From Eubacteriales bacterium (lineage in GTDB: Bacteria > Bacillota > Clostridia > Oscillospirales > CAG-272): 64,000 nt of DNA. The stretch is from the NCBI GenBank assembly GCA_045593885.1, contig JAZNXN010000022.1:22511-86510 (forward strand). Reading direction: 5' to 3'. The notes under the pieces were generated by a model. It saw only the letters and a list, made by a program, of their open reading frames with translations. It searched no databases and had not been told where the DNA came from. Below are positions 60,197 to 64,000 of this stretch, one piece after another. Every line of letters starts with the position of its first letter. Within the stretch, counting starts at the first letter, position 1. The translations under genes were made by a program, and so were the position numbers.

Positions 60197-60263
60197 ATGT
60201 TAATAATTTATTTATATATATATGTTAAAATAACTCAGTAACAAGTAAAAAGGGAGAATTTTT

Positions 60264-61244
60264 ATGATAAAGGTAGCTTCTCTGACAAAAAGATACGGCT
60301 CTAACTTCGCTCTCGATAACGTGAGCTTTGAAATAGGGGGAAAGGAAATAGTGGGACTTCTCGGTCCTAACGGCGCGGGCAAGAGCACCACTATGAACAT
60401 ACTGACGGGATATCTGTCCGCGACCTCTGGCGACGTCAGCGTAGCCGATACCGATATACTGAAAAATCCTATTGAGGCGAAAAGGAATATAGGCTATCTG
60501 CCCGAGCAGCCGCCGCTCTATCAGGAAATGACGGTTCTTGAGTATCTCAATTTCGTATACGATCTCAAAAAATGCAAGCTGGACAGGAAGGCTCACATTG
60601 ACGAAATATGCGACGTAGTTAAAATAAACGACGTCAAGCACAGAATAATAGGGCATCTGTCGAAGGGCTATAAGCAGAGGGTGGGCATCGCTCAGGCTCT
60701 CATAAACGATCCGCCCGTTCTCATATTTGACGAGCCCACGGTAGGTCTTGACCCCAAGCAGATAATTGAGATAAGAAATCTCATAAGAGCCCTCGGGGCA
60801 AAGCACACGGTGATTCTCAGCACCCATATTCTCTCCGAGGTGCAGTCGGTATGTGAGAGGATTATTATAATAAACAAGGGCAAAATAATTGCTGACAAGA
60901 AAACCGACGAGCTCTCGCGCGAAATCGACGACAGCGTTAAGTATAAGCTCAAAATCTGCGCGCCTAAGGCGGAGGCGCTCTCGGCGTTCAGGGCAAATGC
61001 GGGCATTGCGTCCTGCGAGGCTCTCGCCGACAGAGACGGCGACAGCGTAACCCTCTCGGTTGAAAACAAGAGGGGTATTGATATAAGAAAGAGCGTTTAC
61101 TATATCTGCGCTCAGAAAAATTGGCCTATTCTTGAATTTTCACCTATCGGAATGGAGCTTGAGGATATATTCATCCGCCTCATCGACAGGGGAGATGACA
61201 GCCCCGATAAGAAGAAAAAGGCAAGAAATAAGGGGGTAAGATAA
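60264..61244 (+). CDS. ABC transporter ATP-binding protein (ABC-2 / GldA-like)
   Basis: Walker A GPNGAGKST, the signature LSKGYKQRV and Walker B LIFDEPT. Confidence 0.9.
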   Translation: MIKVASLTKRYGSNFALDNVSFEIGGKEIVGLLGPNGAGKSTTMNILTGYLSATSGDVSVADTDILKNPIEAKRNIGYLPEQPPLYQEMTVLEYLNFVYDLKKCKLDRKAHIDEICDVVKINDVKHRIIGHLSKGYKQRVGIAQALINDPPVLIFDEPTVGLDPKQIIEIRNLIRALGAKHTVILSTHILSEVQSVCERIIIINKGKIIADKKTDELSREIDDSVKYKLKICAPKAEALSAFRANAGIASCEALADRDGDSVTLSVENKRGIDIRKSVYYICAQKNWPILEFSPIGMELEDIFIRLIDRGDDSPDKKKKARNKGVR

Positions 61245-61245
61245 A

Positions 61246-61950
61246 ATGACAGCTATCTACAAAAGAGAAATGAGGTCCTATTTCACAACACCGATAGGAT
61301 ACATTTTCCTCTCTGTATTTCTCATATTCAGCGGGGCTGTATTCTGCTACACCACGCTCTATTCCTATTCGAGCGATATCAGCACCTACTTTACCGTTAT
61401 GCTCGTGCTTATGATGCTTCTTCTGCCGCTTCTGACGATGAAGCTGTTCAGTGAGGAGAAAAAGCAGAAAACAGAGCAGCTTCTTCTGACCTCGCCCGTT
61501 TCGCTTCTCTCTATGGTAATGGCGAAGTTTTTGGCGGCGTACACGATGTTTGCATCGGCAATGCTTGTTTCCTCGCTCAGCTTTCTCATTCTTTACCAGT
61601 ATGCGAGGATACAGACGGCAACGCTGCTCGGAAACATTCTTGCCATTCTGCTTGTAGGTGCGGCGTTTATCGCCGTCGGAGTTTTCGTTTCCTCTATAAC
61701 CGACAGCCAGCTCGCTGCTGCGGTGGGAACAATCGCTATACTTGCATTTTTCTTAGCAATCAGCCTTGTTAACTCATTTATAAACGTATACTTCATACGC
61801 TTCATTTTCAGCTCGATTTCGATTTTCTCGAGATTTAAGAACTTCACCCAGGGCGTGTTCGACGTATCGGCGCTGTTCTATTACGTTTCGGTATGTGCGG
61901 TGTTTTTACTGCTCACAATGGGCGTTTATGACAAGCGCAGATGGGAATGA
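61246..61950 (+). CDS. ABC-2 type transporter permease (GldF-like)
   Basis: Six hydrophobic segments, immediately after the ATPase gene. Confidence 0.7.
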   Translation: MTAIYKREMRSYFTTPIGYIFLSVFLIFSGAVFCYTTLYSYSSDISTYFTVMLVLMMLLLPLLTMKLFSEEKKQKTEQLLLTSPVSLLSMVMAKFLAAYTMFASAMLVSSLSFLILYQYARIQTATLLGNILAILLVGAAFIAVGVFVSSITDSQLAAAVGTIAILAFFLAISLVNSFINVYFIRFIFSSISIFSRFKNFTQGVFDVSALFYYVSVCAVFLLLTMGVYDKRRWE

Positions 61951-61962
61951 GGATTTGTCGGT

Positions 61963-63429
61963 ATGAAGCTTTCCTTTAAGTCTGTGAAAAAGGTGTTGAA
62001 GAAGCGCACTACGTTGCTTTTGGCGTTTATCGCGTCATTTCTTCTGGCGGTGTGTATGCTCAACGTCTTTATAAACGCTCTGTCAACGAAATACAGCTGG
62101 TATTTCTATACCGAGCCCAAGTACGAGCACGTAATCGGCGACGCCTCGGATAAGGTTCTTTCGGGTGTGGACAGAACGAAAAAAACCGAAATATATTTTT
62201 GTATGCCCAGCGAGGAGCTGAAGGCAAATTCGGCATATTCTCTCGTGTGGGAGAGTGCCTGCCAGTTCGCCGCGAGGTATGAGTTTGTTGAGGAGCCCAA
62301 AACCCTCAATACCTTTCTCGATACAAAAAAGATTGACAGCTACGTCAAGGATGAAAATGGCAATATAATACACGAAATCAGCGAAACCACGGTAATTATC
62401 GACTGCGGAGGCAGCTTCCGCGTCGTAGACCTGTCGGATTTCTTTGACCTTGACGAAAATCAGTATATAACCTCTTATCGCGGTGAGGAGGCGTGGGCGT
62501 ATCTTATAAGATACGTTATGACCGAAAATCACCCGAAGGCTCTCTTTACCTCAAATCACGGAGAGCAGTCAACGCAGTCTATGCTCAGCGCCCTGATTTT
62601 TTCAGGCTACGAGGTCGGCACGGTGGATTTAACCGTCGATGAAATAGACGAGGACACGGAGTTTATATTCATCTGCTCGCCTCTCTACGATTTTGAAACC
62701 GCAGTTGAGGGAAGCCTTGCGCGCTCGGAAATACAGAAGCTTTCCGAGTTTGTTGACGGCGGCGGAAACCTCGTGGTTATAAAGGACCCATATTCGGGAA
62801 GGCTTCAAAACCTTGAGGGGCTTCTCTCGGATTGCGGAATGAGCATCAACTACGGAATAGTCAGCGACGGAGCAAACTCGATAACGGTAAACGGACGCTC
62901 GGTTGTGGCGCAGTTTGCAAATAACCCTCTCGCCGCTACGGTAGCAGGCAGGGCATCGGATGCAGGAGATTTACGCTTCATCGTATGCGAATCCGCATCG
63001 CTGTCCGTTCAGGAAAACGGTGAATTTAACGTCAGCCCTCTGGCAATTTCGAGCGAGGGCGCGAGAATAGACTTCTTTGACACCGACACATCGGCGGTGA
63101 CGGGCACGCAAATACTTGCCGCAACGGCGCAGAAGAAGGGCGCGGAGAAGGGCTCTACGGTCACGCTTTTCCCCTCTACCGTCACCTTCTCGGCGACCTT
63201 TGTGAACACCGACGCGTATCTTAATAAGTCAACGCTCTATTCTATAATAGAAACGGTTGGCTCGCAGAACACCCCCATAGGTGCAACCCAGCTCAAATTT
63301 GAGAGCAAGTACCTTGAGAACCTGACCGTCGGCGAGTCAAACGCATACGCGATAGCTCTCACAATAGTCGTACCCCTCTTGGTTCTCACTGTGGGATGCG
63401 TCGTTATAATCAGAAGAAAATACAGATAG
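61963..63429 (+). CDS. membrane-anchored ABC-transport auxiliary protein (distant GldG-like)
   Basis: N- and C-terminal TM anchors flank a large extracytoplasmic domain, and the gene sits after the ABC-2 permease. The assignment rests on architecture only. Confidence 0.45.
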   Translation: MKLSFKSVKKVLKKRTTLLLAFIASFLLAVCMLNVFINALSTKYSWYFYTEPKYEHVIGDASDKVLSGVDRTKKTEIYFCMPSEELKANSAYSLVWESACQFAARYEFVEEPKTLNTFLDTKKIDSYVKDENGNIIHEISETTVIIDCGGSFRVVDLSDFFDLDENQYITSYRGEEAWAYLIRYVMTENHPKALFTSNHGEQSTQSMLSALIFSGYEVGTVDLTVDEIDEDTEFIFICSPLYDFETAVEGSLARSEIQKLSEFVDGGGNLVVIKDPYSGRLQNLEGLLSDCGMSINYGIVSDGANSITVNGRSVVAQFANNPLAATVAGRASDAGDLRFIVCESASLSVQENGEFNVSPLAISSEGARIDFFDTDTSAVTGTQILAATAQKKGAEKGSTVTLFPSTVTFSATFVNTDAYLNKSTLYSIIETVGSQNTPIGATQLKFESKYLENLTVGESNAYAIALTIVVPLLVLTVGCVVIIRRKYR

Positions 63430-63442
63430 GAGATTCGGTAAA

Positions 63443-64000
63443 TTGAAAAGAAAATTAACTAAAAAAACCGTTTTCTACTCTGTTACAGCAATAGCAATTA
63501 TAGCAATTCTGGCGGTAAACGTCCTTCTTAACCTTCTCTGGCAGAGAAATACTCTCTATTTCGATACCACGAGCGAGAATCTTTACACTCTCAGCGAGGG
63601 AATGAAGGCGGAGATGGATGCGGTTACCGGCGACGTTCTCATCACCTTCTGCGCCGAGCCGGATATTCTTCTCTCAAATTACGAGTCAAGATACGTCTAC
63701 ATTATGGCTCAGAAGCTTGCCAAGAGGTATGACAATATAGAGGTTGAGTATATCAATTCGCAAAAGCACCCCGAGCTTCTTGATAAGTACAAAACCACCT
63801 CTGCCTCGACGATAGACGTGTACGACGTTATCATATCGAGCGGAGCAAAGTACAGGGTTATGAGCGCCTCGAGCTTCTGGACGAAGGATGAAAACGACGG
63901 CTACTGGGCGTTTAACGGAGAGTATAAGGCGGCGTGCGCCATTCTGTCGGTTACTGCAGTGGAGAGCCCTCTTGTCTGCATAACCACAACACACGGCGAA
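63443..64000 (+). CDS. GldG-family ABC-transport auxiliary protein, partial (runs off the right edge)
   Basis: TTG 63443 lies behind AGGAG. It reads LKRKLTKKTVFYSVTAIAIIAILAVNVLLNLLWQRNTLYFDTTSENLYTLSEGMK...VLITFCAEPD... open to 64000. It is not in the ORF track. Confidence 0.55.
   Translation, partial: MKRKLTKKTVFYSVTAIAIIAILAVNVLLNLLWQRNTLYFDTTSENLYTLSEGMKAEMDAVTGDVLITFCAEPDILLSNYESRYVYIMAQKLAKRYDNIEVEYINSQKHPELLDKYKTTSASTIDVYDVIISSGAKYRVMSASSFWTKDENDGYWAFNGEYKAACAILSVTAVESPLVCITTTHGE

Overview
This is a 64-kb origin-proximal chromosome segment from a spore-forming Firmicute, probably Clostridia, with mid-range GC by eye. All protein calls come from recognising motifs in the supplied translations; no database search was possible.

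Core genes:
- dnaA-dnaN-recF-remB-gyrB-gyrA on the minus strand (49.3-58.1 kb).
- parA-parB preceded by three perfect parS sites (41.3-43.4 kb).
- A CIRCE-controlled hrcA-grpE-dnaK-dnaJ operon (30.9-35.6 kb).
- rny-ymdB, rnj, alaS, addA, truB, alr, spoIIE, spoVM, mnmG, rimI-tsaD, rex and a DnaD/DnaC-type loader pair.

Accessory genes:
- Two signal-peptide-less beta-helix proteins followed by a decayed GH31 gene.
- An AraC-GH2 pair.
- MFS and DMT-like transporters.
- An ABC-2/GldG-like module at the right edge.

I saw no tRNA, rRNA, CRISPR array, transposase, integrase or reverse transcriptase.

Most unusual observations:
1. A dispersed, tandemly amplified intergenic element at three loci (6.45-6.9 kb, 35.7 kb, 44.05-44.4 kb). 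It has a helix-plus-hairpin core with compensatory base changes between loci and is always on the + strand.
2. 29-bp perfect direct repeats bracketing a 1.3-kb SLOG/RHH cassette at the 3' end of mnmG.
3. An orphan promoter-to-terminator unit of about 330 nt, flanked by a duplicated promoter, between the AraC gene and a transporter.
4. alaS interrupted by an apparent 1-nt deletion despite an intact promoter and RBS.
5. An origin region with an almost pure AT block and a strand-bias switch next to dnaA but no consensus DnaA boxes, plus a second AT-rich repeat module 2 kb further right.
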